Shown here: positions 46,242 through 59,815 of the stretch, piece after piece
Layout of the letters: each line of letters opens with the position of its first letter
Numbering within the stretch: position 1 is the stretch's first letter
From: Octopus vulgaris
Lineage: Eukaryota
DNA: 64,000 nt
Direction of reading: 5' to 3'
Assembly: GCA_951406725.2 (NCBI GenBank)
Contig: OX597839.1
Location: 31,124,001 to 31,188,000 of the forward strand
Program-made: the position numbers and the translations under genes
The notes under the pieces: model-generated
The model's input: the letters and a program-made list of their open reading frames with translations, nothing else
What the model was told of the DNA's origin: nothing
Database searches by the model: none

Positions 46242-49200
46242 CATAAAATGATTGGACAAAACAATCCTTTCTAGTGAAAGCATAAAGCCTTGAAATTTTG
46301 GGGGGAGGGGACTAGTTGATTACATTGACCCCAGTGTTTCACTGGTACTTAATTTATCAACCCCGAAAGGATGAGAGGCAAAGTCAACCTTGGCAGAATT
46401 TGAACTCAGAATGTAGTGGCAGACGAAATACTCCTAAGCATTTCGCCCAGCTTGCTTAATGATTCTGCCAGCTCGCCGCCTTATGGTTGGACAAAATAAT
46501 GATTTCAAATTTTTGCCACAAGTGCAGCTTGGGGGAGGAGATTAAGTCGATTAGATCAACCTCACTGTGTAACTGGTACTTATTTAATCAATCCTGAAAG
46601 GATGGAAGGCAAAGTTGACCTTGGCAGAATTTGAACTCAGAACACAGCAACAGACAAAATACCACTAAGCATTTCACCCGGTGTGCTAACAATTCTACCA
46701 GCTCACTGCATTGTGGTAGGACAAAATAAGAAAAACACCACATTTTATTTACTGTGTGAGAATATAAGTCACACCCATAACTTAGGGTTAGGCCTTAATA
46801 GTCCTAGCTTTGCCCTGTGTATAATTCACATCCAGATTGAATGAAATAGTGCAACTTACACACCAGTAAATATGGTAACTATTTTTCCTATTGGCAACAG
46901 GGCAAATTTAAAACTGTTCTAATCAATACAGGTGATAAAAAAAAGCAAAGTTTGAATTTGCAGAATGTATAGCAACCAACTCTGACTGCAAAATGTTCTG
47001 GGGTTAATATGTACATTGAAAGCAGAGTCCTCACTCTCCAGGTGACTCACTTTGCAATTCCCATGCAGGTCGGATTACTGATAGTCCCAAAGAATGTACA
47101 GAACTTATTGCTGAATGCTATGCTGGCATTTTTATGGTTGGAAAGCCAAATGTAGATGTGTGCATAAATATTATGGAAGTCTTCAACTAAAACTACTGAA
47201 TGGTTTAATGTTTTGAAAGGTGTAAGTCTCTAAAATCAAGTGGACATTTTGAAACCAAAGTAAAACCAATTCTGGCCAGTGTAAATCTGGGTAGGGTGGG
47301 GCAAAGGTCACAGGGAAGAACTGCTGAATAGTGAAATGTATTGGGTCTGGAAAAAAACCCCATCAAATTATGGCAGTAAAAGTGAAAGTAGAGTAAAGCT
47401 TTCCCCTTACCAACCCAGTTTGAACAAAGACCCTTTATTGTGAGCTTCATAAAGTTAGATACCAAGGCAGAACTGCAATTGCTAAAACCTCTCCTGTTCC
47501 CCATCAATACTAATAAAAATAAAATAAAATGGTATCTAGACAATCAGAAGTGGTAAATGGCTTATTGGAACAATTTCATCATCTCTGACAAACTATCATT
47601 CAGGTTTTTTCCCCACTCTGGGGTTAGATTATGTTTAGAGACAGCCCATAGCTTTCAATTCTCATTGTGTGACCCCCTAGTGTGAGATATAGAGGAGACA
47701 TAATTCAGGCAGCCATATCATGGAATTCTTGTTTTATATATATATATATATATAAATCATCATCATCTTTTAACATCTGTTGTCCATGCTGGCATGGGTT
47801 GGACAGTTTGACTGGGCTGGTACACTGGAAGGCTGCACCAGACTCCAGTCTGATTTGGCATGGTTTTCTACAGCTGGATGCCCTTCCTAACACCAACCAC
47901 TCCAAGAGTGTAATGGGTGTTTTTACGTGCCATTTGTGTGACACCAGGGTGCATTTATATGCCACCAGCATGGGGTGCCAATTTGCGTGACACTGATATC
48001 TGCCATGACTGTGATTTTGCTCAGCCTGGCGGGTCTTCTTCTCAAGCACAACACAATGCCAAAGGAATTCAGCCACTTTACCTCTGTGAGGCATATATAC
48101 ATACACACACATTATACATACATATATATATATGTATATGTGTGTGTGTGTATAGAGGCAGTAAGCTGGCAGAATTGTTAGCACATTGGCAAATGCTTAG
48201 CAGTATTCCAACCGTCTTTACATTTTGTGTTCAAATTCTGCCAAGGTTGACTTAGCCTTTCATGTTTTGGGATCAATTAAATAAGTACCAGTTTTACACT
48301 GGGGTTGATGTAATCACTTAACTACTTCTGTTTTCCTCTGCCAGGTCAGTGGGGCAGAGTGGGTTCATCAAAACCAGTAGGACGTGTATGGTAGAGGGAA
48401 GATGTTGAGGCCCTTTCTCTGCAGTGGACTAAACATGGGCAACCCAATGCACACAAACTCTCCCCTTCAATATTAAATGTTTTAAAATCCTTTTATTTTC
48501 TCAGAAGAGTGAAGAACTTATTCTTTCATTACTGACAGGATCAGTTATCAAATGCCATGCCCACCTCTGACAAATGGCTCCATCATCTTGTAGTAGTTCT
48601 TTATTTTCAGTCTCATTTGAGAGCACTTGTGATCAAAGGTGTTCCAGTTATGGCCAGGTCTGTGGAATCTGAGTCGGAGTCGGAAACAATTAACGGGTAG
48701 CTGGAGTTGGAGTCAGAAAAACTATATCAACTTCAACAAAGTTGGCTCACATTTTGTTATTAAGTTTCCATGCAGAAAACGACCCTGGGCACTCATTACC
48801 AAGTGTCCAATACATATTTCTCTGGTCATCTAAGATTTGGAGGAACTTTGACAAAATCTAAATAAATCCAAAACAGAGCGGAGTCATTACCGGGATGCCA
48901 GTTAATTAGGTGGATATGTAGCTATGTGGTAAGAAGGTTGCTTCCCAACCACATGGTTCTGGGTTCAGTCCCACTGCTTGGCACCTAGGGCAAGTGTCTT
49001 CTACTATAGCCCCAGATTGACCAAAGCTTTTGTAAGTGGATTTGGTAGATGGAAACTGAAAGAAACCTACCCCAGTACTTATTGAAAGGAGCCTGTTGTG
49101 TATGTGTTTGTATCTTCTTGTCTTGACATCATGTGATAGTTGTAAACGAGCATCACTGTTATACAAACAGTGTCATTCATTTTCAATATTCTGCAAGAAC

Positions 49201-50208
49201 AAGTCTGGCCATGGGAAAATATTACCTTTCCTGGAAACAGGGGAGGGTTGGCAACAGGAAGAGCACCTGGCCATAGAAAATCTGCCTCTTCCGACCCATG
49301 CAGGCATAGAAAAGTAGATGTTAAGGCGACAATGATGATGATGATGATAAACCAGCTGGATATTTCTACAAGGAATATTCTTGTAGATAATCATGGTTTT
49401 CATCTCTGAAGGTGTAATTATAATAGGTGAGGGTTTTTTTTTCATTGATTTACATCGAACATTACAAATTACCTACTTTATTAACATTAAAAGAACAAGT
49501 GACCCACTTTAATTAACATTAAAGTAAATAACCAACCCAGTGACCTGGTGCAAAGCACGACTGCCACAGTGTTTTCTATTTCCTCTCAAAACAGAAAAGT
49601 TTCAACTTTTGAATAAACTCTTTCAGTAAAATTTATTTGTCAGAAACTCTAGGTCATCCACAAATACCCAAGTCCATATATATATATATGCATATATATA
49701 CACACATACATACATACATACATATATGTATATATACCTATATAAACATACACACACACACAAATATATGCTTATATATAAATGTAGACACATATATGGT
49801 GGAAGTCATCTCATGACTAAGGCAACTTCTTAAGCACAGTGAGTCCGTGCAAATGTTTTAAGACTCCAAGAATTTCCCGTGCAGGCATTTGTTTTGAGTG
49901 GATAAAGCATTGTACAGCACTGAAGCCTCTTTTCAGCCGTGGACCCAGTGGCACAACAGAGATTGCAGGGACCAGAAACCAACTGCAATTCAGGGATTTT
50001 TTTTATACAAGTTTATCATAAACACACAATTATATACATGTATAAACACACACACACACAAACATACTTATGCACAAAATATATATATATATATTATGTG
50101 TAAATATATATTGTGTAAATATATATATATATATATAATATATACTATGTGTAATTATATATATATATATAATATATACTATGTGTAATTATATATATAT
50201 ATATACTT

Positions 50209-50454
50209 TATTGATAAAGCTGTAAAGACATCATAAAAACTGTTACTCAGAGTTTCACGTTCCCATTTGTTGGACAGTTTTTTCAAGATCAAATGTGTGT
50301 GTGTGAAAAAACTGTCTGACGAACAGGAACATGAAACTCTGAGTGGCAGTTTTTGTGGTATCTTTGCAGCTTTATTAATACTAAAGCATATTACTCTACC
50401 TCCGGTATTTGAGTACTATTTTCTCCACCTTGTTTCACATTGATGTGCTTATTC
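50209..50454. mobile_element. Penelope-like inverted terminal fragment with two decayed hammerhead copies
   Basis: About 77-bp inverted arms (50209-50285 / 50304-50380), each containing AAAACTGT-core-GAAACTCTGAG-..CAGTTTT; right arm continues. Confidence 0.65.
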
Positions 50455-50624
50455 TGAAATACATATATATATATATATATTTACATACTTTTCTACTCTA
50501 GGTACAAGGCCTGAAATTTTGGGGGAAGGGACCAGTCGATTAGATTGACTCCAGTACGCAACTCAGACAAAATACCGCTGAGCATTTCGCCCGGCATGCT
50601 AACGTTTCTACCAGGTCACTGCTT

Positions 50625-50665
<41 letters not shown>

Positions 50666-51019
50666 CAGATGAGATTCTCTGTATAGAAGACAGAAGTGTT
50701 CAAATGATTGAAACTGAGACTCCAGTGTCTTTACAGAGGATCAAGTTGAGCAGATATGGAGACAATAATATTTAATATACCTAATTTGTTTATCAGCATT
50801 ATCACTTGTGCACAAGTTTTAATGCAAACAACCTGGATATGTTAAAGTATTAAATTTGCTGGAAGTAGTACAGCAATTCCAAACATGTTTCAGACCAATT
50901 GGACCTCATCTATGAGGAGGCAGTGAGCAATGCAAGGCCATTGTAGAAGATACATTAACAAAATGCTGGACAGAAGAATCAAAACCAAACAGATATAGAT
51001 ACACACATATACATAAATG

Positions 51020-51086
<67 letters not shown>

Positions 51087-51399
51087 TACATTCACACACA
51101 CACACACACACATTTGAACTTCAACTGCTGTCCCCTGTCAGTGTGAAGTATCAAGAACTGTATCAAGAGAACTGGTTCCATCACTCCAAGCTGAGTTTCA
51201 TGTATGATGGTCACAAACAACAATTTGAGGAGGTAGTCTTGTCTACCATTCTACTTAACGGCAGCACTCATTGACATGGCATCAGTCTGAATCACAGCTT
51301 GGATAGAAAGGGAGGCGGGAGGGGCGATGGAAGCACATCTGTTGTTGAAGGAGGAAGGAATTAGTTAATTGCTCCAGAAAGTGATGATGTAAGTGCACT

Positions 51400-51830
51400 T
51401 GTTTCTATCAATGCCACCGGGACGAATGAACGGTCTGTGGCATCAGCTGACTATTGCAAAAACTGGGGTATCGGTTGATACCAGGGTGTATGGAGAGACT
51501 AACGAGCGGCTGTACCTGTCGACTGTTTGAAAAGGTGATCGCAGGGGCATGTATACGAGTGGATAAACGGAGGAGTGTATGAGATGATTTCTCCAACAAT
51601 TAGACATGTAGGTATGTTCGTTAATACCAATGTGCCAGGGCAAATGCTGCTGTATGAAGTGGTTGTGATGACACAAGCAGGTTTCTTTCAATGCCGGTAT
51701 GGATGAGCAGATGAATGGAATACTAAGAGGAGGAACGATGGCATAGCAGCTACAGCAGCTGGCGCCCGTCTGCTCTATAGAGTAAATGGTTTTTAATGAG
51801 AACAAACTTCTAATTTGTGGATCTGTATTC
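51400..51830 (-). mobile_element. possible Penelope-like GIY-YIG endonuclease remnant
   Basis: Degenerate peptides IYSIEQTG, HFIQQH and LSIHPGINRY resemble GIY-YIG motifs (YIGQT, HF, TLxPxGLN). Confidence 0.35.
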
Positions 51831-51899
51831 GACTTACTGGGGTATTGTAAATGTAACTTGAGGTATTACATTAGTGTTTTTACTCGTTAACCACCTGTA

Positions 51900-52240
51900 A
51901 TATAGTCAGGACAGGGATCTCGACACAGGTTAGCGAGATCTGCTCCTGGTACCATGGAAACCAGTACCACCAGTTCCATGGTCAAGTGGTCAGTGACTAA
52001 ACTGGTTCCCCTACATGAGTAGCTTGCTACTCTTGTGAGGAGGATGTCTGGACACCCCAGGAGGATGAGTTCCTTGTGGGCCAATGGTCATCCAGGAGGG
52101 GAAGGTAATGGCAAACCATTGCAATATCTTTGCTGACGAAACACTCTAAGAAAGTCAGAAGGAAATAATGTCATGGCCTCATCTGATGGAAGGAGCTCAC
52201 ACTTAATCAGAGAAGGCGTTCAATGTAGAGCCACAGACAC
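51900..52240 (+). mobile_element. RTE/BovB-like 5'UTR remnant
   Basis: GGAGGGGAAGGTAATGGCAAACCATTGCAATATCTTTGC resembles the BovB/RTE 5' motif. Confidence 0.5.
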
Positions 52241-53257
52241 ATTGTAAAAGCATACAAGACTGTAAAAACCTGTTCAATTCTCATGTCTGAAGAACAAGTG
52301 GGTACCCTCAAGTCAATAAGCAAGCTTGTGTGTATCTGTGTAAAAGACAATAACAATCTGCTACCTAAGGAATTCAACAGAAATGAATTTGCTCATAATT
52401 CCATTCACATCAAGAATTCTTTATAGCAATAGTTCTTAAAGTCTGGCTCATAATACGCATAAAGAATATTTGTCAATTGAGCAGCTGCAATCAAGATGTT
52501 TTTATATTTTATCAACAGGCACAGCCATGGGTGTATGGTAAGAAGTCTGCTTTCAAACCACAGGGTCTTGAGTTCAGTCCACTGCATGGCACCTACTAAA
52601 AAGTATTGAGTAATTCTTCAGTTTAGGGTTAAATTGTTTTTATTTTAACTTCACATAAAAACAAACACCAATGTGTGTGTATGTTATATCTATATATATA
52701 TAAGTGTATATGTGTCTGTATTTACATATATACACACACACATATGTGTATATCCATATAAACACACACACAATATATATTTGTTCATTGGTTCTTTTAG
52801 TGCCTGTTTTTCCAGGCTGGTAAAGGTCAAACAGGGAGATACTTGAAGCCGGATTTCTATGACTGGATGCTCTTCCAGTCAGCAACCCTTGCCTGTTTTT
52901 CAACTGAGGTAATTTTAACTGCAAAGGAATTCAAAAGTGCCAAACAACACTGCTTCCCACTCAGCTACAAATAGAGGCACCACCATGTGCAGTGTAGTCC
53001 ATTGCAAACTGTAAATATTTACACAAACACAGACACATTTTTACATATATGTATATGTGTATATATATATATGTATATATGGGCTCAGGCATAGCTGGGT
53101 GGTTAAGAAGTTAATTTCCCAAACACATGGTTTTAGGTTCAGCCTCAATGCCAAGACCCTTGGGCAAGTGTCTCTACTATAACCTTGGATTAGTCAAAGC
53201 CTTGTGATAGACAGAAACTGTAAGAAACCCATCATATATGTGTGTGTGTGAGTGCGA

Positions 53258-53567
53258 AGGCGCATGGCTCAGTGGTTAGTGTCGGGCTCACAATCATGAG
53301 GTAGTGGGTTTGATTCCCAGACCGGGCAGTGTGTTGTGTTCTTGAGCAAGACACTTTATTTCACATCGCTCCAGTTCACTCAGCTGTAGAAATGAGTGGT
53401 GACATCACTCGTACCAAGCTGTCTCGGCCCCTTTACCTTACCCTTGGATAATATTAGTGGCATGGAGAGGGGAGGCTGGTATGCATGGGTGACTGCTGGT
53501 CTTGGAGGGTAACTTTTTAGGTGCAAACCCAAAGTCATTCATGACCAAGGTGGGGTCTTTACCCTTT
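53258..53567 (+). mobile_element. tRNA-derived SINE family D
   Basis: GGCGCATGGCTCAGTGGTTAG...GGTTTGATTCCC head followed by TTGAGCAAGACACTTT...CCAGTTCACTCAGCTG; relatives at about 5.5, 7.7, 34.8 and 56.3 kb. Confidence 0.75.
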
Positions 53568-53676
53568 ATATATAAATAAGGATTACGTAATATATTTGGT
53601 AGAGTACAAATTTCTTATTCATTAACAAGAATATTCTTTAACAGTCACTTCATTCAAAATTTCAGCCAGCTAAGCC

Positions 53677-53709
<33 letters not shown>

Positions 53710-53993
53710 TATACATACATACATACATAAGGCAAGGCTGTGTAGTAAGAAACTTGCTTCCCAACCACATGATTCCACGCTCAGTCCCACTGCACAGCAC
53801 CTTGGGGTAAGTCTCTTCTACTATAGCTTCAGGCTGACCAATGCCTTGTGAATAGATTTGATGAGTGGAAACTGAAAAGAAGCCTGTCATACATGTGTGT
53901 GTCTTTGTGTTTGTCCTCCACCACTGCCTAACAACTGGTGTCGGCGTTTACATTCCTGTAACTTAGCAGAAGAGACTAACAGAATAAATACCA

Positions 53994-55420
53994 GCCAACG
54001 GAGGTGTCAGTTTGATGAGGATGTTGGGTATCTCTATGCAAGCAAGAGTCTTGTTGTTAGTGACTTGGTCAGCCCATTTAATGTTCAGAATCTGTCTCAA
54101 GCTGTGAAGGTGGGAGGCATGGCGACACCATTTCTGTCCCAAGTAGATGCTTCAGGTTTGTCTGCCACAATGCCGTGTATTGAGGACACAAGCCCAGCAG
54201 ACTGTAACCTTGATGTGTACAGTTAGCTTACAGTTTTCTTAGATTCTTATAGACTGCTCTTTCAGGATGTTCTGTCGATCTCAGACTCGAGAGAGACGAT
54301 GGTGGAACCAAGTTACTCAAACTCATAGACTCCTGCCAGCTCACAGTTGCTGAAATTAATAGTAGGGGCGTACTCAATACCTGGGCCCAATGCTTCTACC
54401 TTCTTCAGACTGATGGTGAAGCTAAAGCCTTGACAGGCTCTTGTGGGGCCATCCATAAGGCATTGCAGTTGCACTGCCAAGTGTGTCCACCAATGCTGAA
54501 ACATCTGCAAACACCATGTACGTCACACACTTTCCATCTGACCTTGCATGAAGGTAAACACCTTAAGTTCCAAAAGCATGACAACCAAGAAGATACTGAA
54601 CAGGACTGCGACAAGCACACATCTCTGTTTCACTCCACTGTAAATACTGAAGGCTCCCTAGGAAAAGCCATTGTCCATGTCTGTATAGAATGATGGAACA
54701 ATCATGAATAACCTTGGAAGGCACACAATCTTGACAAGAATTCTGAACAGGATGTCTCTACTCACAAAGGTCAAGGACCTTCGTGAGGTCAACCAAAGCA
54801 ATGCGGAGTGATTGTCTTTTTCTCTTCAGTTTTCTTGTAATTGTCAAAAGGAGGAGATAATGGGTCAACTGTGTAATGTTCTGACCTGAGGTGATTTTCT
54901 GCAATCTGTTTCGGACTGCACAAATGCAGACTTTCCCAACAATGCTCAACAAAGGGACTCCTTTGCAGTTGTTGCAATCACTTCCATTTCCTTGGTTCTT
55001 GTGCAACACGACCGTGCTGCAGTCTTATGGCCTGCGGCATTGCTCCTTCTTTCCAGCACTGGCACACTGAGCCACACAGGTGATGCAACAGGATGTCTTT
55101 GGTACACATTAAGGCACCATTCCAACCTGGTGCCTGGCCACTGAGAAGACAGTCAATGGTTTTGACTCAGTTCTTCAGAAGTGTATCCAGTGCTTCCATC
55201 ACTGGCAAACATTCTATGTTGCCTAAAACACTATCCAAGATGCTGTTTACGGTGAAGTAAAGTTTGGATTAATGTTTAATCCATCTTCCTGTCTGCTTGC
55301 TATTTTCTTTGATAGTGTTTGATGATTTTCAATGGTTCTGTCCTGCTCATGGTTGGGATGATAGCTTTCTTGATTTGCCCACTGCTACATTCCACAAATG
55401 TCATCTGTGTCAAATGATGA
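53994..55420 (-). mobile_element. decayed RTE (BovB-like) LINE reverse-transcriptase region
   Basis: Frameshifted peptides KNQGNGSDCNNCKGVPLLSIVGKV...NRL, IALVDLTKVLD, LQCLMDGPTRACQGFSFTISLKK, ending in LRW. Confidence 0.8.
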
Positions 55421-55879
55421 TTAAATAACTTCGTAAAACGGTAACCAGTAGCTATTCACACAGCATCTAGCTTTTTTCTGAACCTTGCATCTTCCTCTTT
55501 TTAGTTCTGAACGGTACCCTGGGTGGGGTAACATTTATGGTCAATTTGCCCCAATAACAAGTAGATCCAACCAGGCTTGTGTCTTGCTCCTTACCAAAAG
55601 CCTTCTGTCTAGTAATGAGGGTGGTGACCCTGAAAGAAACTTATCTGTGAATCTCCATCTGGTGGGTCTGCAGAGATGTTTCCATATTCTTTGTAATTGT
55701 TTGAAATTTACATTGCTGATAATATTCATAATCCAGAGAGATGAACCTGGAGTTGGCCATCAGAAGAATTACAGTGGGATTGCTAACACTAAGCAATCAT
55801 TGATGCTTATCACTACCTGATGCAGCTAGCTGTAACCTGGAATATACCCGAGAGCTACCACGGTACCTGCCTGGATAAT

Positions 55880-55910
<31 letters not shown>

Positions 55911-57369
55911 CATATATATACATATATATATATAATACATATATTTATTTATTACATTGCCAGATAAGACTGGAGCCTGGTGCAGCCTTCTGGCTTCCCA
56001 GATCCCCGGTCGAACCGTCCAACCCATGCTAGCATTGAGAACGGACGTTAAACGATGATGATGATGATGATGATCACGTGATCAACCAGGCTACCATATG
56101 TTGCTACACATCGCTGGTCACAATGCACTTCGCATTGTTTTAGCCTTCAAATGACACCACCCCGCTGGCTAAGCGAGCAGGCAAATAATATATATATATA
56201 TATAATATATATATATTTATTTATTATATAATATATATATGTATATATGCATGCATGACCTAGTGGTTAGGGTGTTGTACTCATGATTGCAAGATTGTGG
56301 TTTCAATACCTAGTGCAAAGTGGTGCATTGTTTTTTTAGCAAAACACTTAATTGCACGTTGCTAGGCACTGATTTAAACACCTCACACGTGGCACAACTG
56401 TTAATTTGATGGCAGCAGTGAGCTAACGAGCAGCACAGACATTTGATGCTTATAAACAAATCATTTGTGAAGGTCGTTTGGGAAAATGCTCAATGCTTAT
56501 CTGCCGTCTTTAATGGCAGAGTCCATACACACACATACTTATGTAGACACACACGTATATGTAGACACACACACACATACTTATGTAGACACACACACAC
56601 ACACATGTGCGTTGTGTATATACATGTTCTTTCATTCTTTTACTTGTTTCAGTCATCTGACTGCGGTCATGCTGGAGCACTGCTCTTAGTCGAACAAATC
56701 GACCCCAGGACTTATTCTTTCTAAGCCTAGTACTTATTCTCTCAGTCTCCTTTGCTGAACCACCAAGTTACAGAGACGTAAACACACCAACATCGGTTGT
56801 CAAGCAATGGCAAGGGGATAAACACAGACACACAAATACATACAAGTATGTGTGTGTGTGTATCTATACACACATATACGTACAATGGGCTTCTTTCAGT
56901 TTCCATGCACCAAATTCACTCACAAGGCTTTGGTCGGCCCAAGGTTATAGTAGAAGACGTTTGCCCAAGATGTCGGGCTCCCGTGCCAGTGGTTCCCATG
57001 CTGGAGGCACTAAAAAGCACCCACTACACTCTCGGAGTGGTTGGTGTTAGGAAGGGCATCCAGCTGTAGAAACACTGCCAGGTTAGATTGGAGCCTGGTG
57101 CAACCTTCTGGCTCACCAGCCCTCAGTCAAACCGTCAAACCTATGCCAACATGGAAAGCAGATGTTAAATGATGATGATATCTATATAAAATACACACAC
57201 ACACAAATGTATATTCAGTCATCTGACAACGCCCATCCTGGGGCATCATCGAAGAATTCGGTTGAGCAAATCGACTTGGTAAAGCTTAATACTTATTCTA
57301 ACAGCTTCTTTCTACTGCACCACTAAATTATAAATTAAAAACACACAAATAATGTTTTTTCCCTCTCCT

Positions 57370-57727
57370 TGTGGCTGTGAAGTTTGCTTCCAGGTACATT
57401 CTCAGTGTGGGCACCTTGGGCAAATGTCTTCTACTATAGTCTTGGACCGACCAAAGTCTTGTCAGTGGATTCGGTGGAAACTTAAATAAACTCGTCACAC
57501 ACATACACACATATATAAATATATATATATACATGGGGGAGGTTGTTCCCCACTACCACTTGACAACCAGTGTTGGTGTGTTTACGTCCTCGTAACTTCG
57601 AGGTTCGGCAAAAGAGACCGATAGAATAAGTACCAGGATTTAAAAAAATTATTAGGGCCAATTCGACTAAAATTTCAAGGTGTGTGCCCCAGCATGGCCG
57701 CAGTCTAGTGACTGAATCAAGTAAAGG
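57370..57727 (+). mobile_element. SINE family A copy
   Basis: Colinear with family A consensus. Confidence 0.78.
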
Positions 57728-59739
57728 AAGCGCGCGCGTGCGTCAGTGTGTGTGTGTGTGTGTGTACATGGGCTCCTGCATATACCTCGCCCACGTCAGC
57801 AAGTGTCTTCTCATCAGAGTGTTGACAGATGGCGATAAACCTTCTGCCTCAACCATTTCGTATGTCCCAGGCAAGAGAATGGAAAAAGCAGACATTGAAA
57901 CGACGACAACAATTGATGATATTCAACACAGTCTCTAAAACGCTTCCATCAATCAAATTCCACTCGCAGGTAACACTTGCTGACGTGGGCACGGAACATG
58001 GAGCCACATGGTTGACAATCCATGTTTACATCACGTACAATGAATTACATGGGCCACAATTTATAGGCTATACACCTCTTGTAAAATGTATACCACAGAA
58101 CATGTATATATAACAAAGTATTTGCTAAAGTAAAAATTTACCGTTTACTCTATAATCTATGTTTGATCTTAACATAATTGCTTCATTCATATATAAATAT
58201 AAATATATATATATACACGTGTGTGTGTGTGTTACATAATTTATGTTACATATATATACATACACATGAAATGTACAGAAGTTTTATATACACTTTTAAC
58301 TGCCAAGTCACACAGACATATCTGGGTCTGTGCGTGTGTAACGAAAGAATTAAGAAATGCAAAACTGCACCACCACGTCAACATATTTGGTAGAGTCGGC
58401 CAGAAACTGTATTTGGGGGAATTAGTTGGGTAGGGATCGCGATTAGGGGAAAATAAATAAATAAATAAATAGAAAGAGAGAGAGGGAGAGAGAGAAGGTT
58501 TCCATGAGGAAAAAAGAAGGCCAACTGCTGTTAAAATTGTTGACGTGTCCATCGCGAGTATGACAAGTTGCTAAGTCTTGCTTAGTTGGCACTACTCGGG
58601 GTGGCGAAGGAGGCGGTGACGGGGGGGTGGAGACGGCGGCGGCGATGTCGTTGTCGTGGTGGTGACGGCGGGGGGGGGGGGTTTCGAGGGCAACTGACTT
58701 CCTCGCACAACTTGGCATTTTGGCACACACCATCACATTCGTGTGTGTGTACATATATATATATAAAACCAGACACATTTATATATATATATATATTTAT
58801 ACACACACACATACATATACTATGTATATATATATATATCCATCGAGACATTTATATTTAGGTATACATCAGGCACAGACGTTCGTTCTGCAGACGTCCA
58901 GAGAAAAAGATCTTGTGATACAAATATTCAGTAATACACAGTAAACGCAAGAGATAATTATCTTTCTTAATAAAGTCACATAAATACATACGTGTGTATA
59001 TGTATATATACATATATATATACATACATACATACACACACACACGTCGACACGCATATCCTCACATGCATAGACACGTATGTATAGTAGTAACATCAAC
59101 ACGATTAGGCGCTCACCAAGATAGACACGTATGTATATATTATATATACATCGACACAAATACATAACCAGACACGTATGCAGAGACAGATAAAGGCAGG
59201 ATCACACATATATACACATCGATTTACATCGGGAACAAGCTCTTGGCTACACACACACAAACATCACTGATCATACATACATACGTATGGTACCAAGATA
59301 GGTTTTTGCACATACAAGCAGATGTGTGTGTGTGTGTACGAGTATATCATTAAATTAGGAACAAATATGTCCCACTAAGTCCAGTGACTTTTGTTTTTTA
59401 ACGGACGTGGTGGGAAGATAAACTTGTGTAAGATCAAATTACTGACACCTACACACAGGTACTTACCTCCTTCCAACATCCGTTATATATATATATATAT
59501 ATATATTAGATAGACATAAACATACTATATATATATATATATATACAATTATACACATATGTCCTACCAAATCATTAATTACTTATATATATAAATCAAA
59601 GCTCTTCAATTAAAAAAAAAAGGCAAGATCATCACCATATAATTATATACACACATCCAACACACGAAGACTATTATCTGAGACACGATCCTCCGATACA
59701 CACCTATATCCATCTTAACAAGTCCATATATATACTCAC

Positions 59740-59815
59740 TGTACTGCGTCCGTAAGAAATCCGTCCTAAATATGTTATTTTACCCGCTTAGCCTCCACCT
59801 TGGTTCGCCTTTGTT
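59740..59815 (-). other. candidate 76-nt internal non-coding exon
   Basis: Acceptor tttcttgtatttgtttacag|, donor ACA|GTGAGT; stop codons in all three frames. Confidence 0.4.

Noticed and set aside
53258-53330. tRNA-like sequences at SINE heads
   Set aside because: A and B boxes present but no full cloverleaf; each continues into a multi-copy SINE body.
59468-59640. Possible C/D snoRNA (GTGATGA on minus strand) downstream of the candidate non-coding exon
   Set aside because: No D box (CTGA) at a suitable distance and the interior is (TA)n.
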